From positions 54,090-118,089 of the forward strand of contig JBAZYS010000001.1 of the NCBI GenBank assembly GCA_041659205.1: DNA of 64,000 nt, read 5' to 3'. The position numbers were made by a program, and so were the translations under genes. The notes below the pieces were generated by a model, which worked only from the letters and a program-made list of their open reading frames with translations, searched no databases and was not told the DNA's origin. Below, piece by piece: positions 38,265 to 46,173 of this stretch; the first letter of the stretch is position 1, and each line of letters opens with the position of its first letter. Origin of the DNA: Minisyncoccota bacterium. GTDB lineage: Bacteria > Patescibacteriota > Minisyncoccia > Phycocordibacterales > UBA9973.

Positions 38265-40442
38265 ATGAAAATATTTAAAGCATCGTTTCTACTTATCTTG
38301 TTTGCAGTCATTGTATTAGGTGGTTTTGGGGTGGTAAAAAGTGCCGATGCAAGTACTTTTTCTTTGTCGAGGACATCAATAAATTTGCAGTATGACCCTC
38401 AGGGAGGGAACACTAGTGCTAACAATGCCTCACAAACTATTGGTCTGACAAATACTACAGCTTCAGATGTTACATATAGTATAAATATGCAAACAGTCTC
38501 AGATCCTTTCGCTGGCAAAATTAATCTTCTCGTTAAATATAACGCGAGGTCTGCGACAACAGGGAATTGGATCGTAGCTAGTGCTACCGACCATGCAGAT
38601 ATGGTGATACCCTCCCAACAATTAATTCTTTCACCTGGGGAAACCGTTTATTTAAGTGTTTGGGGTGGAATTGGTAACACAAATCTATTGCTTTCTCCGA
38701 CGGCATTGCAACTTGTTTCAAATATTATATTTACTGGCAATTTCTCTGATTCGCCAGTAGCTATTCCTGTGATTTGGACCAAACTCCCATATATTACTCC
38801 TACACCCACTCCGACACCAACACCCTCAACAACAACACCTACTCTTTACTCTACCGAACCAAGTCCAGGAAGATTTATTCCAGGGCAAACTATAAAAGTA
38901 TACGCACTCGGCCTTCGTTCTTCTGCGATGAATTCACTTTATATTGATGGTAAAGGTTTTAATAATATGCAATCTTGGAATCCTACTGGAACAAACTCTG
39001 GTGTACCAAATTCTTATGAAACCCTTGTTGCACTTCCTCTTGATTTATCTGCAGGAGCACATATACTTCAAATGGAGACGAGCGACGTTGTAGAAAATTT
39101 TGGAAAAGTTTTAAGTAATTCTCTTCCATTAAATATATTTCGCACTCGCGCAGAGGCAGAAAATCCAGAAGACCCAACTGTCACTTATGTAAATCCAGCA
39201 TCTGCAAAGCCAGGTGATACGGTGACGGTATACGGTACAAATTTTCACAGTGATTCGTATGTGATGCTTGATCCATATTTAGATAGTTACTCTCGGGCAC
39301 AAATGGGAACCAGGGCTACTACCGTAACCCAGACACCGACTTCAATTAGCTTTATCGTTCCTACAAAAATAACAGCTGGTAGTATGTACCCACTTATTTA
39401 CAATTTACATAGAGTGACGGTATTTCCTTCAAAAAACAAACAAGCAACAACTGTTGCATACAATGGTAGTTTATTAAATCGCTATACAATACCGAACAAT
39501 GGAGGAGAATATAGTAATGGATACTTTAATATTGTAAGTGCGGTGACATCAAGTACTCCACAAGCACCAGTCATTACTTCTATTAGTTCTTCATCAATTC
39601 CACAAGGTGGCAGTGGTTCGCGAGACAATGCTCCTGCATCTGGTGCCACTGTAACGATTACTGGATCTGGATTTTCTTCAACCTCAGCTATTGTTGTTGA
39701 CGATGACTCTAACCAATATATTCCCGACGGAATGGCTGGTGTTACTTCCACGGGATTTCCAGTTGTTTCATGGACGACTACATCAATTACATTTAGGGTG
39801 CCGTCAAATATTGCAGTAGGGCAACATTCGATCCAAGTTGGTAGTTGTGGAAATCATGGCAGTCCTTGTGGTGCTTTCCTTAGTAATCCTATTTTAGTAA
39901 CTATCACACCAAGAGGCACTGCAATGGGTAGCACTCCAGGGTACGCGACTTCAAATTTTACACCTATACCTCCACTCACTTGTACCCTCCCACAAACACT
40001 TGTAAATGGCGTTTGTACAACTCCAAGTCAAACACCTCCACCTACCTGCACATTCCCAAAAACATTAGTGAATAATGTTTGTACAAATCCGACTTCAACT
40101 TCAACACCTCTCCCAATCCTAGGCTGTTCGGCAGGTAACATATTCAACACTCAAACAGGTTTACCTTGCGTAAATAATGTTGGTAATGACAACCAATCTT
40201 CAGGAACACCAGCTCCTTACAACTTCGGCACTTCTACACTTCGAAATGGGAGCAGGGGAGAAGCAGTCATGGAATTACAGAGATTTCTAAATGATAAATT
40301 AAATCTTGGTCTAGCAGTAGATGGGAAATTAGGACCACTTACAATCGCCGTTGTGAAGGAGTGGCAAACAGAGCATGGCTTGGTCGCTGATGGTCTAATT
40401 GGTAAAATGACTAAAGCACAGATGCTGGCGGAAGTTGAATAA
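38265..40442 (+). CDS. secreted surface protein with C-terminal Cys-loop plus peptidoglycan-binding module; paralogue 4 of 4
   Basis: Signal peptide, a PTPTPTPTP linker, IPT-like segments and the internal repeat TCT[LF]P[QK]TLVN[GN]VCT. The C-terminus is ILGCSAGNIFNTQTGLPCVNNVGNDNQ followed by the PG-binding motifs. Confidence 0.75.
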   Translation: MKIFKASFLLILFAVIVLGGFGVVKSADASTFSLSRTSINLQYDPQGGNTSANNASQTIGLTNTTASDVTYSINMQTVSDPFAGKINLLVKYNARSATTGNWIVASATDHADMVIPSQQLILSPGETVYLSVWGGIGNTNLLLSPTALQLVSNIIFTGNFSDSPVAIPVIWTKLPYITPTPTPTPTPSTTTPTLYSTEPSPGRFIPGQTIKVYALGLRSSAMNSLYIDGKGFNNMQSWNPTGTNSGVPNSYETLVALPLDLSAGAHILQMETSDVVENFGKVLSNSLPLNIFRTRAEAENPEDPTVTYVNPASAKPGDTVTVYGTNFHSDSYVMLDPYLDSYSRAQMGTRATTVTQTPTSISFIVPTKITAGSMYPLIYNLHRVTVFPSKNKQATTVAYNGSLLNRYTIPNNGGEYSNGYFNIVSAVTSSTPQAPVITSISSSSIPQGGSGSRDNAPASGATVTITGSGFSSTSAIVVDDDSNQYIPDGMAGVTSTGFPVVSWTTTSITFRVPSNIAVGQHSIQVGSCGNHGSPCGAFLSNPILVTITPRGTAMGSTPGYATSNFTPIPPLTCTLPQTLVNGVCTTPSQTPPPTCTFPKTLVNNVCTNPTSTSTPLPILGCSAGNIFNTQTGLPCVNNVGNDNQSSGTPAPYNFGTSTLRNGSRGEAVMELQRFLNDKLNLGLAVDGKLGPLTIAVVKEWQTEHGLVADGLIGKMTKAQMLAEVE

Positions 40443-40507
40443 AACCCCTAAAAGGTTTAGTATATTTTAGGAGTCGAGAGGTTATTTTTTATTAAAAAAT
40501 TAATTTT

Positions 40508-40738
40508 ATGAAAATGTCAAAAGTTGTTAAAATATCTGTTTTAATGTTAGTTGTCGTGCTTGGTTCAAGTTACCTCTTTACTAATGTTGCATTCGCTAAG
40601 AAAAGATATGCTTCTCAAGCTTCTCAAAGACCTGTTTGTGAATATATGCGACCACCAGCTGGTTGTATTTGGGTAGGAATGAAGCCATTTCCAAAATGTA
40701 ATGCTGCACACTTAGAATGTGGCTTACCAACAATCTAA
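40508..40738 (+). CDS. small secreted Cys-rich peptide (hypothetical)
   Basis: 76 aa with a signal peptide (ISVLMLVVVLGSSYLFTNVAFA). The mature part has 4 Cys (CEY...GCIW...CNAAHLEC). Confidence 0.45.
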   Translation: MKMSKVVKISVLMLVVVLGSSYLFTNVAFAKKRYASQASQRPVCEYMRPPAGCIWVGMKPFPKCNAAHLECGLPTI

Positions 40739-40777
40739 ACAATTTGCCTTTTTTGAAAATTATGTTAAGCTACTGTT

Positions 40778-41086
40778 ATGTTAAAAATAAGACTTCAGAG
40801 AATAGGAAGGAAAAATGATCCAGCATTTCGGGCTGTTTTGACTGATTCGAAAAATAGCACCAAAAGTGGAAAGTTTTTAGAAATACTCGGTACTTATAAT
40901 CCTAAAGCAGGGGAGAAGAATTTACTTGCTGATAGAATTAAGTATTGGATTTCTAAGGGAGCAAAATGCTCAGACACGATGCACAATTTTTTAGTGCACG
41001 ATAAAATTATCACTGGCAAAAAAGTAAATGTATTGCCTAAAAAGAAGCCAACTGTAAAGAGAAAGGAATTGAAAGCGAAGAAGTAG
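40778..41086 (+). CDS. rpsP: ribosomal protein bS16
   Basis: MLKIRLQRIGRKNDPAFRAVLTDS plus a Lys-rich tail. Confidence 0.9.
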   Translation: MLKIRLQRIGRKNDPAFRAVLTDSKNSTKSGKFLEILGTYNPKAGEKNLLADRIKYWISKGAKCSDTMHNFLVHDKIITGKKVNVLPKKKPTVKRKELKAKK

Positions 41087-41090
41087 AAAA

Positions 41091-41110
41091 GACCTGCCTG
41101 CCGGCAGGCA
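41091..41110. repeat. perfect 20-bp GC palindrome cctgcctgccggcaggcagg, intergenic, 5 nt after the rpsP stop
   Basis: Same family as 20971 and 23134. No T-run follows, so it is not a classic terminator. Confidence 0.7.
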
Positions 41111-41212
41111 GGGTTGAAAGCTAAAAAATAATTTTGTATAATTGTTGAAGCAGTCATTCGGTCGTATACTGCAAAGGAAGTTCTAAATTAAAATTTTAAT
41201 TCTGAAAACATT

Positions 41213-41560
41213 ATGATAGAAGAAGCTGATAAGGTATTTCTTGAATACGTAGTAAAGGCACTTGTAGACAATCCAAACGATGTAAAGATTGAGAGAACGT
41301 TAGATGAAATGGGAGTTCTTATAACTCTTACGGTAAATCCTCTTGATATGGGTAAAATTATTGGAAGAATGGGTAATACTGCAAAGGCTATCCGAACATT
41401 ACTCCGCATCATTGGAATGAAGAATAACGCTCGCGTTAATCTAAAAATCAATGAGCCAGAAGGAAGTGTCCGACCCGAGAGAGTGGAACGTCCAGCTATG
41501 AGCACTACACCAACAATGAAAACCGTTGATGAAGCAATGGATGAATTGAAAGGAATATAA
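41213..41560 (+). CDS. KH-domain RNA-binding protein (YlqC/UPF0109-like)
   Basis: The KH motif is GKIIGRMGNTAKAIRTLL. Its position between rpsP and trmD is typical. Confidence 0.8.
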   Translation: MIEEADKVFLEYVVKALVDNPNDVKIERTLDEMGVLITLTVNPLDMGKIIGRMGNTAKAIRTLLRIIGMKNNARVNLKINEPEGSVRPERVERPAMSTTPTMKTVDEAMDELKGI

Positions 41561-41575
41561 TAAAATTAAGTTTTT

Positions 41576-41614
41576 AAAAACACCCTAAGCGAAAGTTTAG
41601 GGTGTTTTTCTTTT
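41576..41614 (+). terminator. rho-independent terminator
   Basis: aaaaacaccctaa-gcgaaagt-ttagggtgtttttctttt. Confidence 0.7.
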
Positions 41615-41725
41615 GTTGACAAAATAGCTTTTTTGTTATATTACTAATTTAGAGATATGCTCCTTGCCATCGTGGTAGCTCAGTTCGAGCCGGAGGAATA
41701 TCTTTTAAACGAAGGAGAGACCAAA

Positions 41726-41935
41726 ATGAATATCTGGGAACACAAAAGCGTAGGGGTTGGTACTGGCCCAAAAGAGCCGTGCCCCGGGAAAAGGGAGGAC
41801 TGCCACCTGCACAAGGAATCTTGGGATTTCAAGAACCGTTGGACCCCCAGGTTCAAGTTCGCCCTTTCTGCGTTGGTGGTGGTCTTTCTCGCCACATACA
41901 CGTTTTGGCCTTTCATTTCGAAGGCCTTCCGGTAG
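41726..41935 (+). CDS. candidate small membrane protein (70 aa) inside a GC-rich island
   Basis: A strong SD (gaaggagag) lies 7 nt upstream of the ATG. The peptide is MNIWEHKSVGVGTGPKEPCPGKREDCHLHK...FALSALVVVFLATYTFWPF, with a C-terminal TM helix. Its GC content is far above the genome background. It is followed by a 12-bp-stem hairpin. Confidence 0.35.
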   Translation: MNIWEHKSVGVGTGPKEPCPGKREDCHLHKESWDFKNRWTPRFKFALSALVVVFLATYTFWPFISKAFR

Positions 41936-41955
41936 ATTCTACCGGCCGCTCTATC

Positions 41956-41992
41956 ATGGCCAGCTTAACCCCCAGGGGACTAAGCTGGCCAT
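41956..41992 (+). terminator. strong hairpin (atggccagctta / taagctggccat, 12-bp stem) followed by an AT-rich tract; terminator-like
   Basis: The two arms are perfect reverse complements. The loop acccccagggga is itself palindromic. Confidence 0.45.
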
Positions 41993-42035
41993 TTAATTTT
42001 AAATAACTAATATTTGTGCTATAAATACAAAATAA

Positions 42036-42740
42036 ATGCGTTTCCACATAATTACAATTTTCCCAGAAATGTTTGATTCTTATTTAAAAGAGTCGATAAT
42101 TGGCCGTGCGATAAAAGACAAAAAGATTTCTATAAAATTTTATAATCCGATGAGTTTTTGTAAGCCTAAAGAGCGTGTGGACGGCAGACCATATGGAGGG
42201 GGCCCTGGAATGGTTTTAAAGCCAGAATTTTTTCTTAAAGCAATTAGTAAAGCTTTGACGCAGTGTTCTCGCTCGGGATCTCCTGCTATGCAAACTCGAC
42301 CACTCTCAAAAACACTACGCCATAGTTTAAAAGTAAAGATAATAATTTTTTCCCCATCAGGAAAAAAGTTTGATACAGCTTATGCGAAAAAATCTGCTCA
42401 AAAATATACAGATATTATTTTAATTTCAGGACGCTATGAAGGCATCGACGCTCGAGTTCAGAAAATATTAAAAGCAGAAGAGATATCAATAGGGGATTAT
42501 ATTTTGACTGGAGGAGAACTTCCAGCTATGATAATGGTCGATTCTATTTCTAGGCAAATCCCAGGGGTTTTGGGTAAATATGAGTCCCTAGAGGAAGAAC
42601 GAGTTTCCACGAGTGAAGTATATACTCGTCCAGAAGTTCTAAAATATAAGGCTAAAAACTATAGAGTCCCCAAGGTTTTGCTCTCGGGGCATAGAGCAAA
42701 GATAGATGAATGGAAGAATGGGAGGAATAAAAAAGACTAA
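42036..42740 (+). CDS. trmD: tRNA (guanine37-N1)-methyltransferase
   Basis: MRFHIITIFPEMF...GRPYGGGPGMVL...ISGRYEGIDARV. It contains an about 20-aa GC-rich insertion (TQCSRSGSPAMQTRPLSKTLRHS). Confidence 0.9.
   Translation: MRFHIITIFPEMFDSYLKESIIGRAIKDKKISIKFYNPMSFCKPKERVDGRPYGGGPGMVLKPEFFLKAISKALTQCSRSGSPAMQTRPLSKTLRHSLKVKIIIFSPSGKKFDTAYAKKSAQKYTDIILISGRYEGIDARVQKILKAEEISIGDYILTGGELPAMIMVDSISRQIPGVLGKYESLEEERVSTSEVYTRPEVLKYKAKNYRVPKVLLSGHRAKIDEWKNGRNKKD
42272..42306. repeat. GC-rich ~35-nt repeat element, copy 2 of 3, inside trmD, in a different reading frame from copies 1 and 3
   Basis: tcgggatctcctgctatgcaaactcgaccactctc aligned against ligA 3423-3457 and tgt 62161-62195. Confidence 0.7.
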
Positions 42741-42966
42741 ACCCAATAATATTTGACAAAAAGACTAAAATAGAGTAGGCTACTCTAGATTCATTGATTG
42801 AGTATCGGATGCAATCTCCGTTTGATTATTAGCTTTATAAGCGTTAATTAATAAGTGTCCGAGGTGGTTAATAAGAACTAAAAAGAAGTAAGAGAAAAGC
42901 AATCTTTCATCTGTTTTTCTTTTGTTTTTGTTTATTTTTTGTTGCTATTCTTAGGAATCAATCAGT

Positions 42967-45900
42967 ATGCATAAAGAGACAAATGAGGCAAAGCGTCCAA
43001 AGAAGTATTTTAGCAGGTATAAAAAACCTTTAGTCGAATTTCCAAATTTGATTGAAGCTCAAGTAAAGAGTTTCAAATGGCTCGTTGAAACGGGCATCGG
43101 AGAAGTCTTCAAAGAATTCTCTCCAATCATAGATTACTCTGGAAAAAAGTTTCAACTAGAGTTCACTTCATTTTCTTTAAGTGAGTCTAAAATTGATGAA
43201 AATAATTCTAAAATAAATAAACTTTCCTACCAAGGATTGTTAAAAGCGCGTGTAAAATTAACTAATAAAATTTTAGGAACTGTTAAGGAACAAGAAATTT
43301 TCATGTCAGAGCTTCCACTTATGACTGCTCACGGAACTTTCATTATTAACGGTGTAGAACGCGTTATCGTTCCTCAGCTTGCACGAAGTTTCGGAGTTTT
43401 CTTTACTGAATCAGAAACTAAGGGTACAAGGTATTTCGGTGCAAAGATTATCCCAGCTCGTGGAGTATGGATTGAAATAGAGTCAGAATCAGATGGAGGA
43501 ATTTACATAAGAATAGATAAAAAGAGAAAGTTCCCAGCTACCGCACTTCTTCGTGCAATGGGTTATGAGACGAATGAGGCTATTTTGAAAGCATTTTCTG
43601 GTAATGAAGTAGCGCAAGAAGCGATAAAGATTTCTCTAGCGAAAGACGGAGTGAAAAGTTTGAATGATTCTTATATTGAGATATATAAGCGTCTTCGAGA
43701 TGGAGATATGGCAACTGCAGATAATGCGAAAGAATTTATTAATTCCTTATTCACTGCTGAACGTTATGACCTCTCTCCCGTAGGACGATTTAGATTTAAT
43801 CAACGATTTGATAAATCTATGGAAGAGGACGAAATGGCACGCCGAATAATCTCTAAAGAAGATTTGGCCACTGTTATTTCTCATATTATTGCTTTAAACA
43901 ATACACCGCTTGCAAAAGCAGATGATATAGACCACTTGGGTCAGAGACGTGTGCGTTTTGTTGGAGAAATTCTTCAGCAAAAAGTTCGTACTGGTATGAT
44001 GCAAATAAAGAGAAACATTCAAGATCGTATGTCTATTATAGATGTTGATACTGCAATGCCTATTGCTATCATTAACCAGAGACCACTGCAAGCTCGTATT
44101 AAAGAATTTTTCACCACAAACCAGCTTTCACAATTTATGGCACAGGAAAATGTGCTTTGCGAAATGGAACACTTGCGTACTCTCTCAGCTCTTGGGCCCG
44201 GAGGTCTTACTCGTGAACGCGCTGGCCTAGAAGTTCGTGACGTGCATCCTTCCCACTACGGAAGAGTTTGTCCGATTCATACTCCTGAAGGTCCAAACAT
44301 TGGACTTATTCTGCACCTTTCAACTTATGCAAAAATAAATGATTTCGGAATTATTGAAACTCCTTATGTTAAAGTTAAACATGGGAAAATAACTGGAGAG
44401 ATAGTTTACCTAAATGCTCTTGAAGAAGAGAAATATAACATTGCACATGCTGGTATTCCTTATGACGAGGATGGAAAAATAACAAAAGATAAAGTAGAAG
44501 CGAGAATTAAAACAGAACCAGGTATGGTTTCTAAAGAAGAAGTTGATTATATTGATGTTGCTCCGAACCAAGCTTTCTCTATTGCTACTTCGATGGTTCC
44601 ATTTCTGGAACATAACAATGCAAACCGTGCACTCATGGGAAGTAACATGCAGAAACAAGCTGTTCCTTGCGTCTTGCCAGAGAAGCCTCTCGTAGCGACC
44701 GGTGTAGAAGAATTAGCTGCTAGAGATTCAGGTAGACTAGTTATCGCAGAGGCAGATGGTGTTGTAACTTACTTAGATGCCAAAAAAATAACTGTTAAAG
44801 GTAAAGACGAAAAACATGATAAAACATACACCTTAATTAATTTCTTGAGAAATAACAACTTTGCTGTTTTTCATCAACGTCCTTTAGTAAATGTTGGAGA
44901 TAAGATAAAAAAAGGTGACGTACTTGCAGATACAAGTAGTACTGTAGACGGACAGATTTCAATCGGCCAGAATATTTTCGTGGCGTTTTTGTCATGGTCT
45001 GGTTCAACTTACGAAGATGCGATAATTATTTCTGAACGTCTTGTGAAAAAGAGTAAATTTACATCAGTGTATGTTGAAGAATTCACTTGTGCCGTTCGTG
45101 ACACAAAGCTTGGGCCCGAAATTACTACTCGTGATATTCCAAACGTTGGAGAGCTTAAACTAAAAGATTTGGATGAAGACGGTATTGTTCGTATCGGTGC
45201 AGAAGTAAGAGAAAACGATATTTTAGTTGGTAAAATTACTCCAAAAGGGGAGACAGAACTTACTCCAGAAGAGAGACTCCTTCGTTCTATCTTTGCGGAG
45301 AAGGCACGTGACGTAAAAGATACTTCTCTCCGTATGGAACACGGAAAGCGTGGACGTATCATTGGAGTAAAGATTTTCTCTCGTGATTTAGGACATACTC
45401 TCGAAGCTGGAATAATTAAAAAGATTGTTATTGAAGTTGCCCAGATTAGAAATATTTCTGTCGGTGATAAGCTTTCAGGAAGACATGGAAACAAAGGAGT
45501 TATTTCAATGATTCTCCCTGAAGAAGATATGCCTTATATGGCAGACGGTACACCCGTAGACGTGATTCTTTCACCACTCGGTGTTCCTTCTCGTATGAAC
45601 TTGGGACAAATTCTAGAAATACACTTAGGAATGGCCGCAAATAGTCTAGGTTATCAAGCAATAGTTCCTCCATTCCTCGGAGCAAAACATGATGAAATTA
45701 AAGAAGAATTAGTAAAAGCAGGATTACCAGAAAATGGTAAATTAAAACTTTTTGACGGACGAACAGGTGAAGCTTTCCAGCAGGATGTAGCAGTCGGATA
45801 TATGTATATGCTTAAACTGCACCACATGGTAGAAGACAAGATTCACATGCGTTCAGTTGGTCCTTACTCTCTAATTACTCAGCAACCTTTGGGCGGAAAG

Positions 45901-46155
45901 GCTCAAGGTGGAGGACAGAGATTCGGAGAAATGGAAGTCTGGGCACTTGAAGGTTATGGTGCCGCTTATACTCTTCGTGAAATGCTCACTATTAAGTCTG
46001 ACGATATCTTAGGTAGATCAGCAGCCTTTGATTCTATTATTAAAAATGAAACCATTAGACCACCAAATTCTCCTGCATCATTTAATGTTCTGTTGAATTA
46101 TTTGCGAGGCCTTGCAATGGATGTCGATTTAAAAAAATCCGGAAATAACGAGTAA
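42967..46155 (+). CDS. rpoB: DNA-directed RNA polymerase subunit beta
   Basis: Conserved RpoB blocks are present (GPGGLTRERAG, NMQRQAVP-like, MVPFLEHNNANRALMGSNMQ, and others). Confidence 0.97.
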   Translation: MHKETNEAKRPKKYFSRYKKPLVEFPNLIEAQVKSFKWLVETGIGEVFKEFSPIIDYSGKKFQLEFTSFSLSESKIDENNSKINKLSYQGLLKARVKLTNKILGTVKEQEIFMSELPLMTAHGTFIINGVERVIVPQLARSFGVFFTESETKGTRYFGAKIIPARGVWIEIESESDGGIYIRIDKKRKFPATALLRAMGYETNEAILKAFSGNEVAQEAIKISLAKDGVKSLNDSYIEIYKRLRDGDMATADNAKEFINSLFTAERYDLSPVGRFRFNQRFDKSMEEDEMARRIISKEDLATVISHIIALNNTPLAKADDIDHLGQRRVRFVGEILQQKVRTGMMQIKRNIQDRMSIIDVDTAMPIAIINQRPLQARIKEFFTTNQLSQFMAQENVLCEMEHLRTLSALGPGGLTRERAGLEVRDVHPSHYGRVCPIHTPEGPNIGLILHLSTYAKINDFGIIETPYVKVKHGKITGEIVYLNALEEEKYNIAHAGIPYDEDGKITKDKVEARIKTEPGMVSKEEVDYIDVAPNQAFSIATSMVPFLEHNNANRALMGSNMQKQAVPCVLPEKPLVATGVEELAARDSGRLVIAEADGVVTYLDAKKITVKGKDEKHDKTYTLINFLRNNNFAVFHQRPLVNVGDKIKKGDVLADTSSTVDGQISIGQNIFVAFLSWSGSTYEDAIIISERLVKKSKFTSVYVEEFTCAVRDTKLGPEITTRDIPNVGELKLKDLDEDGIVRIGAEVRENDILVGKITPKGETELTPEERLLRSIFAEKARDVKDTSLRMEHGKRGRIIGVKIFSRDLGHTLEAGIIKKIVIEVAQIRNISVGDKLSGRHGNKGVISMILPEEDMPYMADGTPVDVILSPLGVPSRMNLGQILEIHLGMAANSLGYQAIVPPFLGAKHDEIKEELVKAGLPENGKLKLFDGRTGEAFQQDVAVGYMYMLKLHHMVEDKIHMRSVGPYSLITQQPLGGKAQGGGQRFGEMEVWALEGYGAAYTLREMLTIKSDDILGRSAAFDSIIKNETIRPPNSPASFNVLLNYLRGLAMDVDLKKSGNNE

Positions 46156-46173
46156 TAACAATAAATCAAAAAT

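Noticed and set aside
41657-41725. Longer version (92 aa, start 41657) of the small ORF in the GC-rich island
   Set aside because: The upstream part has no RBS. The internal ATG at 41726 is preceded by a strong SD at ideal spacing.
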